Below are positions 39,607 through 51,796 of a stretch of DNA of 64,000 nucleotides, one piece after another. Under the pieces are notes generated by a model that was not told where the DNA came from, ran no database searches, and saw only the letters and a program-made list of their open reading frames with translations. Both the position numbers and the translations under genes were made by a program. The first letter of the stretch is position 1; every line of letters begins with the position of its first letter. The DNA comes from Eledone cirrhosa (lineage: Eukaryota): contig OZ024743.1 of assembly GCA_964016885.1 (NCBI GenBank), positions 294,934,001 to 294,998,000 of the forward strand, given 5' to 3'.

Positions 39607-40486
39607 AGAGAGAGGGGGTAGAGAGAGTAAGAGAAATATAGAGAGAGAGAGACGGGGGTGGAGTAAATAGTGAGAGAGAGGATGAGAGAGGATAAGAGTG
39701 GAGGAGTTAGAGATAATGTGATCCTGCTTTTAGATGTATTTCTTCCTTTGCCACGACTTCCACACCCATCATTTTCAATTTCACCACTTAAATCTACCGA
39801 ATATACTCAGGCTTGTGGTAACAGCTTTTCAGTCACAAGCTACTTTCATAATATAGGAAAATCTAAAGAGAACATGTGATTGTAAAAAATGTATATATGA
39901 AGTAAAATGAAGTAATAACCTAGCAGAGCCATCAAATCATTGTTTATTTTTTCATGCGAGGATAAATCTGAAGGAAAGCACATTTTAGGGTTTGAATGCT
40001 TTTTATAAATGTGTAGATTCTATGTGCAAATATATAGATACACATGCACGCATTCACACACGCGCAATCACTCACACATATATTCATTCGTACTCTCACA
40101 TACACGTAAGTACACATATGTGCCTGAGTCTACACTTGTGCTGCGTGTGCGTCAGTAAAACTCTACGTAAATGTATTTATATTTGGATTGTCATATACGT
40201 ATATGTTCAAATATTATATCTAACCTGTCTCTCTCACTCTTTCTTTCTTTCTTTCTCTGTCTCTTTGTCTCTCTCTGTCTCTCTCTCTCTCACTCTGTAT
40301 ATATATATAGAGAGAGAGAGTGAGAGACAGGGAGATAGAGATACATGTGTGTGTGTGTACGTGTGATTCTGCAAAAAAGCTGCGTTTGAGTAAATCATAT
40401 ATATTTACCGTTTTATTTGCCATCTCATCCCAACTAGTATGCGTATATATATGTACGTGGTTATATATATATATATATATATATTT

Positions 40487-40614
40487 AACGAAGGAGTTGT
40501 GGTAAGGAGCCAGATGGACCATAACGCACCAGAGTATTCAATACTTAGGCTAGTAGAGGGGGTAATAGGAAAAAGTATGACCCCGACGGCAGAGCTCAAG
40601 CCGTTTCGGCGGCT
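40487..40614 (-). mobile_element. Fragment of the U3-A8 pLTR family (3' half of the HHR)
   Basis: Homologous to 47941-48072; bounded by (TA)n on both sides. Confidence 0.8.
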
Positions 40615-40815
40615 ATATATATATGTATATTGATTTATTTATTTATTTATTTATACACGTGCACACATGCATCACACACACATGCATGCCACACACACAC
40701 AAACATACATACATATATATGTATATATATATATATATATATAAAGAAAAAGGGATGAAATCGAAAATGCAACTGAAGTCTTATTTTTTTTTTAAATATA
40801 TATATTTATTTGGTT

Positions 40816-40853
40816 CCTTTACCGGTTTCGCAGTTCTTCTGCTTTTCAAAAGG
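40816..40853 (-). ncRNA. Minimal type I hammerhead, U3-A8 core
   Basis: Mirror copy of 40924-40961. Confidence 0.8.
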
Positions 40854-40923
40854 TGAGTTGAGATGGAGGGTCTGTGGTTTAAACCACAGAGGGTTTAAAC
40901 CACAGACCCTCCATCTCAACTCA

Positions 40924-40961
40924 CCTTTTGAAAAGCAGAAGAACTGCGAAACCGGTAAAGG
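40924..40961 (+). ncRNA. Minimal type I hammerhead, U3-A8 core
   Basis: CCTT-TTGAAAA-GCAG aagaa CTGC-GAAA-CCGG-TA-AAGG; palindromic ACCGGT stem III. Confidence 0.8.
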
Positions 40962-41092
40962 AACCAAATAAATATATATATTTAAAAAAAAAATAAGACT
41001 TCAGTTGCATTTTCGATTTCATCCCTTTTTCTTTATACTTCCACTCGTGTAGGACACCTCGGTTATTTTTCCTTTTGTAAAAAAAACCTCAA

Positions 41093-41167
<75 letters not shown>

Positions 41168-41212
41168 TGCATTGAAACATTAATCTACATCTAGTTTGTA
41201 TGTTTGAATGCA

Positions 41213-41298
<86 letters not shown>

Positions 41299-41350
41299 CA
41301 AATAACGAAACGAAATTAAATTTCGCTTCATTTGTATCTCACTTTTGTAT

Positions 41351-41649
<299 letters not shown>

Positions 41650-41650
41650 G

Positions 41651-41698
<48 letters not shown>

Positions 41699-41822
41699 TA
41701 AACGGAATAGAAATTGCTGACAAATTGTTCACAGTGAAAAATAGCTTAATTAGGAATAAGAGATAATTAGTAATAGTATTGGTTAGTATTAAGTTTTGGT
41801 TTTAAGTTTTACCGGGTGCCCA

Positions 41823-41874
<52 letters not shown>

Positions 41875-43431
41875 GCATTCAAACACACATCTACATATAA
41901 TATAGTCTACCTGTTTCTGCCTGTGTCGCTTTCAATTTCAACTTCTGTGAAATCCGTTATAATAGTTAACTACATTTGGCAGTGACACTATATCTTATAT
42001 TTTATTGTTTTTCTAGAACCTGAAAAGAAATGTATGTGTGTAATGTTCCATGTAACGCACTATTCATATAACAGGTTACATTTTGATTTATTGTATTGTA
42101 AACCATTTTGTGACACAATACATTGTCGAATATATCATGGAAATATATACATATTCTTAAAGGAAAAGAAATAGCCTTTTCTTTTATAGGATTCTATCGT
42201 TCGTTGTATGCATTCTTTGCATGCTACTTGCGTTGTAAGAGAAAGAAACGCGTTGTCATATTTTTTTCAAAAGAGATAATTGCTTCAAACAGTAGTTATG
42301 GGAGTTGTATAGTAGTTCCCATCTTTCTGTGCTATCAAGTCGAAGAATTGCTAATGGTGATACAGATATATAAAAGGATATATCAAACTCAATGTAAACG
42401 CTTATATATATATCAAATAACTTCCAGCATACATCATCAAAGTCCTTGACACGTTGTATGATTTGTAATACGTTACAAATGTGAATGGGTGTATCTGTAG
42501 ATTTTATGTATATGCAGTGTTGAATTGTAGTAAGAGTAACGTATGCTACTGACTGGCATACCCAGGAGTCTCAGAAGAATAGCTCTCTATTACTCTAGTA
42601 CTATTCTACTTTAAACTTATATGGATGGCTGTTTGTTTAGGGTGTCTCCTCTGAGATCAAATACATTTTAATTAATGCTTGTTTGTATCAATTCCGAATG
42701 AATGATTATGCACTTTTCCAATACTATTATGATAAATCGTCCAATTTTATGAACGACAGATTGCTTAATATTTATCCAATGCTTGGAATATTTTTGGGAT
42801 CCAATACACTTTAGATTAAACAAATTATAATAATCAAATTTCATTTTGTGTCGGATGCTAATTAATAGACTTGGTATTCTGCTTCTCTATTTCGATGCAT
42901 TCAATTCGTCGTAATAAGTGAGCTTAATTGTATTTCTCATAAATAATATCCGTTGAAGGAATCAGATTATTAGTAATTTAAAATAAACAACTTAAAACTA
43001 ACCTGCCATATTGAATTAAATTAGATTTAAAAGCGAATGACTTAAGAAGCTCTGGGAAATTTAAAAATTTGAAATATGTGCGTTCCAACGCAAATTACCA
43101 TATCAATAGTCGATCCCTATAGATATTTCAGTAAAAATATATTCCTTGAGACGGAAAAAATAGAGTGGCCGTGCAAGGAATTGAAACTAGTAGGCCCTAT
43201 GTCCTCTTTTTTCCGTCACCAATGTTACTTTATCCGATTTTCATAACTAATAACTACAGTAATTGATTATAATTTGGGGCATTTGCATTGTGGCCTACAT
43301 ATTTCGGTTTTAATATTTAAAACATTTTGTAGTGTAGCGTTTCTATCTTAATCTTTTTTCGTTAGCTAAATTATTGCAGAGATAAAATTGTAAAGTTTGA
43401 CCCATAAATAAATTTACATTATTATATATTA

Positions 43432-43601
43432 TTGGTAGAGGGTCGGACGCCATGCTTTACAGCACACGGCCCTCTACGGTCTGAGTTCAAATCCCGCCGA
43501 GGGTAACTTTTCCTTTCATCCTTACGGGATCGATAAAATAAAGTACCGGTAATGCACTGGGATAATTGCTGGCCCTGTGCCTAAAGTAGAAACAATTATT
43601 A
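43432..43601 (+). mobile_element. tRNA-derived Nin-like SINE
   Basis: B box GAGTTCAAATCC, core and tail. Confidence 0.85.
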
Positions 43602-44285
43602 TATATTAAAGAAGAATGTTTAACTAATTATTAAGTCTTCGTTGCTTCAGTAAAAACGTAATAATTCATTGATGACGTAACACTAAGCTTTAACATACTA
43701 CATTTAAGACGCCATTCTCCAGGTTTAACATCGTAATTATCATAATCCCCAATAGCTAGTGAATAAATAACACCCTTTCGTAAAATATGAAGCCTTTGAT
43801 AAAATGATAAATGGTGGATTCTTGCAATTGTGAAACTCATCGCATGACAGCTGTTATATATCCATTGGTTCTTCAAATATGATTCTTGGTATATAAATGT
43901 AAGTCTATTTCGATTATCCGTTGGAGAAAGCAACTCATAACCGATAGATTTGTGTCCCAGCGTCGACTGACTGCCGAATAGGTAGGAAATGGGTGTTTGA
44001 GTATGTGTGTGCGTGCGTCGGTAAAACATGACCGACACACTTGCTATACGTTAAACCTTTTCAGTTCCCTACACTAAATAGACGCAAAAACACACACTCA
44101 CATAAACAGACATTTCCAACATATTCGGCAATCTGTCGACGCTGGAACAAGGTAATGATTTGCTATCAGCAGAGGATAATAGAAATATACTTACATTTAT
44201 ATGCCAAGATGTATATTTGACGAACCAATGGATATAGATCAGCTATCGCGAGATGAGGTTCAAAATGTATTGAGGGAATACATTA

Positions 44286-44541
44286 TGCCGAGGTTGACTT
44301 TGCCTTTCATCCTTACGGGGTCGATAAAATAAAGTACCAGTAATGCACTGGGTAATTGCTGGCCTTGTGCCTAAAAGTAGTAACAATTATTTATCATATA
44401 TAGTTACGTCCCTTTACGGTCTGAGTTCAAATCCTGCCGAGGTTAACTTTGCCTTTCATCCTTATGGTGTCGATAAAATAAAGTACCAGTAATGTACTGG
44501 GATAATTGCTGGCCTTGTGCCAAAAGTAGAAACAATTATTT
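44286..44541 (+). mobile_element. Two tandem 5'-truncated Nin-like SINE copies
   Basis: Core and tail at 44286-44392 and 44403-44541, each followed by TTTATCATATATA. Confidence 0.85.
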
Positions 44542-44595
<54 letters not shown>

Positions 44596-44598
<3 letters not shown>

Positions 44599-44740
44599 AG
44601 TTATTCCGGGTTGAATCGGAGGTAACCACAGTAAGTAAGGTACTCAATACATAGCAAAGTATAAAAGTTTTAATATAGATGAGATTCTACAGGACTAGAA
44701 CTGTTTCATTCTTGAGAAATCATCAGGAATTCCTGATGAT
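44596..44740 (-). mobile_element. Solo pLTR-like fragment of the PLE at 58113-58680
   Basis: Nearly identical to 58547-58673; abuts (TA)n. Confidence 0.8.
44684..44730 (-). ncRNA. Type I hammerhead ribozyme
   Basis: Reverse complement: ATTC-CTGATGA-T-TTC tcaa GAA-T-GAAA-CAG ttctagtc CTG-TA-GAAT. Confidence 0.85.
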
Positions 44741-45173
44741 ATATGAAGAAAAGTGAGAACAGCCATTATCGTATTTAAATAGTGTATTAACTGTGAGTCT
44801 TAACACGTTTTCAACCAGGTCATGGCTGGCATATAGAGATAAAGAAGAATACACTTAACACATTTAAGGTTTGACCTGATACAGGCTTTTCTTTCAGACT
44901 GACACTTTATCTTTTGTAATTTGCTTCATAGCAGACGAAAATACAATTATATATAAAAAGAATACTTCACACAAGCAGTGATAAAAAAAAAGCAAACCAA
45001 TTCAATTGGACATTTCACAATCGTCTATGTTTAACCTGAAGTAAAATGTAATATGTTTTCTGAGGGAGACTAATTCACTTCACATGTGCGATATATTATT
45101 ACATTCATCCTTTTATCTCATCTGTTGATTTCTTACGAGTGAAGATGCAGTTACACATATATGTATATATATT

Positions 45174-45229
<56 letters not shown>

Positions 45230-45290
45230 TGTGTGTGTGTGTGTGTCTAATATATATGTGTACGTTTGTATATATGCACATGTTTATATG

Positions 45291-45321
<31 letters not shown>

Positions 45322-46497
45322 GTGTGTGTGTGTATGTGTGTGTATTTGTGTGTGTCTATGTATTTATGTATGTATGCATGTATGTCTTGCTTTTTAGTTT
45401 TCATTGTTTACATTATATGATTGAAGAGGTGTTTGATTTTATTTGCTCATATGTGTATAAGTTTGTGTCAAATTGTATGTGCCCTATATATTCGTATGTA
45501 ATCAGTAACTTGTTTATATGCCTTGATTACTGAGATATCGCCTTGCTTTATAGAATGGTGCCTTCATTCTTAAGATGTTTCCAAAATATTTAATTTATAG
45601 CGCCTACTAACATTTATCAATTTAGCAATGCAAAAAGGTGTTTGATTAGGAGTATCGGTAGAGCATTGAACAAAATATGTTGCAATATTTAATTATGACT
45701 TTCTAAGTTCTGATTCCAACCATGCTATAATGAATAACATAAAAGGAAATATAAATACGATAAGACATATCTGTACGTCTTATTTTAGGCATTTTCGCTG
45801 GATTATGACGATTCACGAACTATGCATTATGCACAATTTACACGCAACAAACACTTATTCTGTAGCGCAACACTTACACGAGGTTCCAAATATCACGAAC
45901 CACATTTCCTATATTTTGATAACACTTCCCAACCACCCTAGATTTATAAGACATTAAATGAAACAAAGTATATTTTACAGAGTGAGAATTTACATACGTA
46001 AGAAAAAGAAAAATTAGTCTTTCGTGAAACGCGCTGTAGGAAACTTTGACAGTATAACTATATTTTATCAATGTCTCTCTTTGTATTCTCTACTGATAAA
46101 TTCCTCGCTATATTCCCAGGTGGCTGTTTCCGGATCTTCTGGCATAAAAGCCATAAAGTAAAGCAATGTAATGCAGCATTTATATAAACGTACCAGATCT
46201 ATTTTAGAGCACCTGTGTTATTGATGCAAACTCAATAATTTCTGTAGGTCACTTATTTAAAACTACCTCCTCCTCTAAAATCTACAAATCAATAGATGTA
46301 GCTAAAATCCATTTCCATTACAGTAAGAAATTACATGTTGTGGTCATATTGAAACATTTTATATTAATCACATGAAGAGCGAAATATACGAAAATATTAA
46401 CAGTATTGGAGTATAATCTTAGCATCATAATATAAAATAGTTCTTTACTATTAAGTAAATTTTCCTCTAGCTTGTAAACATATATGTATAGATGTTT

Positions 46498-46604
<107 letters not shown>

Positions 46605-46614
46605 TGTATATAAA

Positions 46615-46790
46615 ACGAGGGAAGAGTGGTAAGTAACCAGCTGGACCATAACGCACCAAAGTGCTCGATACTGGGTAGTAGAGTGGGTAATAGGAAAAGA
46701 GTCAGGACCCCGACGGTGGGCTCCGGCCGTTTCGTTCAGACCTAGCTGTCGAAACGGCCGGAGCTCAGCCGTCGGTGTCCGGACTCTTTT

Positions 46791-46794
<4 letters not shown>
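46615..46794. mobile_element. U3-A8 pLTR family fragment with terminal fold-back
   Basis: Homologous to 47941-48065; 46691-46734 is inverted at 46750-46794. Confidence 0.75.
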
Positions 46795-46862
<68 letters not shown>

Positions 46863-47016
46863 TTGAAGTTGTTATTTTACTGGATAGAACTGGTCATTCC
46901 GTATAGTAACTATGAAGCAATATATTAGAAAAAGCACTCAACGTACGTAACTCATTCATCTTTGATGTAAGATTCTGTTGTGGTGCGAGAACGGAATTGT
47001 ATTATCATTGAGTAAA

Positions 47017-47432
47017 GTGACAGGAGGCCGAATTGTTGACATTCCTTTAAAGTTTCTATTTTTGCAGACACTATATATATTTCAATGGCCAGTAGAATTC
47101 CAGTGACATAATCAGGTATATTCCATAACAGTCATAAAGGAATTATCGTAACCACAAATTGAGAGGGTACACGGAGCCAAAATAAAGTTGTAGATATCTA
47201 GGGGTAGTCAGTCTAATCAACAGCACGTAAACGTAGTCCGCTCCTGAGTCAAATATCTCCAATTTTAATATTTTCTCCGTGTACCCTCTCAGATTGTCTT
47301 TACTCTAATTCCTATATTACTATTATGCAATACACCTGATATGTCACTGGTCCTTTAGTGGCCAATGAAATATATAGTATCTGAAAAAATAGAAACTTTA
47401 GAGATATTTCAACAATCCAGCGTCCTGTCACA
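47017..47432. repeat. Old diverged inverted duplication, each arm with a decayed HHR (47068-47119 minus, 47331-47380 plus)
   Basis: Consensus of the arms reads ACAC-CTGAT(G)A-TGTCACTGG..TGGCCATT-GAAA-TATATA-TA-GTGT; G8 is lost in both arms. Confidence 0.7.
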
Positions 47433-47784
47433 TTATTAAATAATAATTATATATTTATATATGTATATTTATATATGTATATTTATATATGTATATTTAT
47501 ATATATATATATAGTCCGACAAATATAAATGTTTACAACTGATTTAGAGCACTCAACAGTTTACTGGAGTAGATATTCAATGATATTAGATAAATGGAAA
47601 CTATTTATAAAACCTTATTTATGTGGCGTTTAAATGAACGGTTGTTTTTCAATTATTTACATATTCATTTGCATATACACACATAAGTTTGAATAATCCC
47701 TAATATATTTCCACTATCCAGTGAATTTCCAACCGATAAGGTATGATTATCATTGGCATGTCTCTATTTATAAAACAAACTTTC

Positions 47785-47848
47785 TATTTTATCTGATGAA
47801 AGCGTACCAATGTTGTCCTGGTACCCTTGAAATATATATAATAAAATA
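47785..47848 (+). ncRNA. Type I hammerhead ribozyme
   Basis: TATTTTAT-CTGATGA-AAG C GTACCA atgttgtcc TGGTAC C CTT-GAAA-TATATA-TA-ATAAAATA. Confidence 0.88.
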
Positions 47849-47893
47849 AATATGGTTTTATAAATATAGTTTCCATTTATTTAATATCATTGA

Positions 47894-47944
<51 letters not shown>

Positions 47945-48035
47945 CGAAGGAAATGTGGTAAGGAACCAGGTGGACCATAACGCACCAAAGTACTCAATAC
48001 TTGAGGTAGTAGAGTGGGTAATAGGAACCAGTAAG

Positions 48036-48129
48036 ACCCCGACAGCTGAGCTCAAGCCGTTTCGACGGCTAATTCTGGACTAAATGAAAATTTATCCTGG
48101 TATTTAAATAGCCGATCTTCTCAAGGGGT
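48036..48129 (-). ncRNA. Type I hammerhead, U3-A8 core
   Basis: Mirror copy of 48391-48484. Confidence 0.82.
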
Positions 48130-48390
48130 AATTCCATATATGGTCAAAGTGATTGTCAAAAATCAGTAGTAATTCTGTGGTTGCAAATTAGTAGGGGAGA
48201 TGGTGGCTAAACCTGCCAGTAGGAGAAAAAGGGGAGGGGGTGGAGTAGACCCAATCAACGCTTGATTGGGTCTACTCCACCCCCTCCCCTCTTTCTCCTA
48301 CTGGCAGGTTTAGCCACCATCTCCCCTACTAATTTGCAACCACAGAATTACTACTGATTTTTGACAATCACTTTGACCATATATGGAATT

Positions 48391-48484
48391 ACCCCTTGAG
48401 AAGATCGGCTATTTAAATACCAGGATAAATTTTCATTTAGTCCAGAATTAGCCGTCGAAACGGCTTGAGCTCAGCTGTCGGGGT
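48391..48484 (+). ncRNA. Type I hammerhead, U3-A8 core, extended stem II
   Basis: ACCCC-TTGAGAA-GA t CGGCTA..TAGCCG TC-GAAA-CGGC ttgagctca GCTG-TC-GGGGT; GUC triplet. Confidence 0.82.
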
Positions 48485-48494
48485 CTTACTGGTT

Positions 48495-48552
<58 letters not shown>

Positions 48553-48644
48553 AACATTAAACGGAAGAGTACAACAAAAAGCCAGTACAATGTTGGCACA
48601 TATTAGTTTAATGCTTGATATAGGTGTAAATGTTTTCATGCCTT

Positions 48645-48747
48645 TCGAGGTTGACTTTGCCTTTCATCCTTACAGGGTCGATAAAATAAAGTACCAGTAA
48701 TGAACTGGGTAATTGCTGGCCTTGTGCCTAAAGTAGAAACAATTATT
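48645..48747 (+). mobile_element. 5'-truncated Nin-like SINE
   Basis: Core and tail only. Confidence 0.85.
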
Positions 48748-48835
48748 TCATTAGCAGACAGATGGAGAAATAGTGCAATAAATATGAAGATACAAGAGAT
48801 TGATAGCAGCAAGGAACAGAAAATAGTTTATATAC

Positions 48836-48888
<53 letters not shown>

Positions 48889-48890
48889 TT

Positions 48891-48975
48891 TGTTTCCTGA
48901 CGATTTCGAAACTCGTGAACTTATCCTTGATCGGATATTTCCAAAGAGCGAATGAAACCTCATTGGGTAGAAACA
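48891..48975 (+). ncRNA. Type I hammerhead with stem II insertion
   Basis: TGTTTC-CTGACGA-T TTCG..CGAA T-GAAA-CCT catt GGG-TA-GAAACA. Confidence 0.8.
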
Positions 48976-49269
48976 TAATGTTGGTATGTTTATATACATT
49001 TTTTCATCTAACTTTGATTTTATACCTAATTGTGTATGGTTGACGATATATTTAATCGATTTCCACGTGCTATTAGAAATGCTGTGTAAATATTATATAG
49101 CTGTTGATCGCGGATAGATAGCTGTCGTTTAAATATCTATTATTTATTCATAGGTGTCTTTTAATCTTATAGCCTTGTTTAATTGTTTTTTTGTGTGGTT
49201 GATTATGGTGATTGGGAGAGGAAATAAAGTATATATTTTATCAAATGATTCTATGGACATACTTTATTG

Positions 49270-49362
<93 letters not shown>

Positions 49363-49748
49363 AGTTTATATACATATCAACTAGACAGAGCTATATATAT
49401 ATATATATATGTTTTTGGCAACCATTCACGGTGTGGCTCAATGACGAATTAATTAAAGAATTAACAATCATAGCAATATATAAAGAAGTAATACTAGGTA
49501 AATTTCCTGTGGCTGTGAATCGCGGATAAAAAACTATCATTTATTTATCTATTATTTGTTCATCAGTATATTTTAAACTTATAGCCTCGTTTAATTGATT
49601 TTTGTGTGGTTGATTATGCTGCTTGGGAGAAGAAATACTGTATATATATTTTATCTAACGATTCTATGGACACACTTTTTTATATATTGCTCTGATTATT
49701 AATTATTTAATTAATTCGTCATTGAGCCACACCGTAAATGGTTGCCAT

Positions 49749-49846
<98 letters not shown>

Positions 49847-50075
49847 CATATATAGCTCTGTTATATGTATATAAAGTTTTTAATTTTATATACTCCCGTA
49901 ATGTGAGTAAAACGTTAGGCAGTATTCGGCTGGGCTTTCTAGCACCCAGCCTACTCGCCGACAGGCACCAATCAAAAGCTTTCTGACTTGACCACTGGCC
50001 ACGTGACAATTCTTAGCCATTTTGAATTCGTTTCCGGTGGGGATCATTTAAGAAAAACATTTGTGCAATTGAATT

Positions 50076-50160
50076 TATCTCCTGATGATTTCCAAACTCG
50101 TTGATTTATCCAAGATTGGATATATCCAAAAAGTCAATGAAACCTCCGGGGGTAGAGATA
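50076..50160 (+). ncRNA. Type I hammerhead with stem II insertion
   Basis: TATCTC-CTGATGA-T TT..AA T-GAAA-CCT ccgg GGG-TA-GAGATA; stem I covaries with the 48891 copy. Confidence 0.8.
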
Positions 50161-50566
50161 GATTATGATGCTTTTGATATGTTTATGTACATATTTTCTT
50201 CTAACTTTGATTTTGTACCTAATTATGTATGGTTAACTATATATCAAGTCAATTTCTACAGGCTATGAGAAATACTAAGTAAATTTCCTGTGGCCGTGAA
50301 TCGCGGATAGAAAGCTATCATTTATTTATGTATTATTTATTCATATGTATATTTTAAACTTATAGCCTCGTTTAAATGATTTTTTGTGTGGTTGATTATG
50401 CTGATTGGGAGATGAAATACTGTATATATATTTAATCTAATGATTCTATGGACTTACTTTTATATATATATATATATATATAAAAACAAATAACGAAACG
50501 AAATTAAATTTCGTTTCGTTTGTAACTCACTTTTGTATGACTGACGCTTTTTTTTTAACTTAATTG

Positions 50567-50634
<68 letters not shown>

Positions 50635-50663
50635 TATATATATTTATTAAAATAACAGATTAA

Positions 50664-50714
50664 AGTTTAAGCAAAGAATCGCTGCTTTCACACTTAACGG
50701 GATCTTCTGAAACT
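50664..50714 (-). ncRNA. Type I hammerhead, U4A core variant
   Basis: Reverse complement: AGTTT-CAGAAGA-tcccgttaagtgt-GAAA-GCA..TGC-TT-AAACT, inside repeat 50641-51022. Confidence 0.65.
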
Positions 50715-51029
50715 AACAAAGTCAATCTGTAAACGCAGAAGTGGATATTTCAAAAAACGTTGCAGCCGGAGGAAGACAGGAAGACGATACTTTGGTTCGT
50801 GCAAACGTTCCCTGGCAAAGAACAGGAAAAAACGAATATAATACGTCATTAATAGGAGCGGTGAAAAACAATTACGCGCAAAGACAAACCACGTTAATGG
50901 TATAAAAGAGGTCGTAGACAAATGTTCTCTTAAGTGGTTCATAGAGACGTTCTCTGGCAATGAACGAAATAAAACGAAGATAATACGTCATATCTGTGGC
51001 GTGGAGAACAATTGCACGCAAATATATTA

Positions 51030-51277
51030 AAAATTTAGTTTTCGAAATTTTCCAAGAGTTTTTTGTACGGAGGATTTTTCCTAGATTTAAAAATATTCTC
51101 GAAATTATGGTTGGTGTTTTTCCTATTTCTTTCTTTATTCTTTTCAAAATTAAAAGCACGCCACCCCACTCTTCTTATGAAGGAGCTGCTTTGTCCAATA
51201 AGTTTTCTCATGTATTCTTCTTTAGATGGTAAAGGTATATCTTTGAGAGATGTAGAAACCTTACAGAATTCCATCAT
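51030..51277 (-). pseudogene. Penelope-like (Naiad-type) ORF N-terminal fragment
   Basis: SLKDIPLPSKEEYMRKLIGQSSSFIRRVGWRAF..FKSRKNPP..LENFEN matches the SxKNIP..F.+R+RW+A..FK...PP..FE pattern; HHR 200 nt upstream on the same strand. Confidence 0.8.
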
Positions 51278-51479
51278 TTATTAATTAATAATCTATTTCA
51301 GAAGAAGCGCTTTTCCTTCTAGGAGCTATATATGACCAAAGATTAATATGTTTCATTGATTTCTCAATGGATATAATTTTACAATAGATTAAAAGCTTTC
51401 TACAAGGAAGGTTTTATGGAGTTATTAATATTATTCAAAATATTAATAAATGAAGACGTTCACATAATAAGAATATATG

Positions 51480-51540
51480 TTTTATTATATATATTTCGGA
51501 GGTACTGTGTTTTTTTTCAGTACGTCCTCGTCAGATAAAA
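51480..51540 (-). ncRNA. Type I hammerhead ribozyme
   Basis: Reverse complement: TTTTAT-CTGACGA-GGA C GTACTG..CAGTAC C TCC-GAAA-TATATA-TA-ATAAAA. Confidence 0.88.
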
Positions 51541-51796
51541 TACATGAATACATGTATAACATACTTCAACTGTCTTGATGGTTCAATTCCAGTATTGGCA
51601 GTGATTTATTACAACAAATCTCAATATTTATATACCACAAGTAATAACATGATAAACTTAAATATGATGAAGAAGAAGGGGGTGTGGAGCGAGATATAAG
51701 TATAGGGAGGGGGGAGTATGAGAAAATGTAAGAAGAAATAAATAAATAAACACATGCATCATAAATATTTAAATGCGTAAATATCCGTGTTAGGGA

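Larger units (their letters stand above)
40740..41037. repeat. Perfect fold-back, arms about 146 bp, 6-nt spacer
   Basis: 40740-40885 is the reverse complement of 40892-41037. Confidence 0.95.
48021..48499. repeat. Near-perfect fold-back, 238-bp arms, 3-nt spacer (CGC)
   Basis: 48021-48258 versus 48262-48499; I see one mismatch; followed by (TA)n. Confidence 0.95.
48891..50461 (+). mobile_element. Tandem pLTR-like repeats (48891-49266, partial 49490-49682, 50076-50461)
   Basis: Diverged direct repeats of about 375 bp, the two full copies starting with an HHR, separated by (TA)n/(CA)n. Confidence 0.75.

Noticed and set aside
41911-42019. Possible minus-strand exon (TTTTCAG..GTAGAC)
   Set aside because: Stops in all three frames and a weak donor; needs transcript data.
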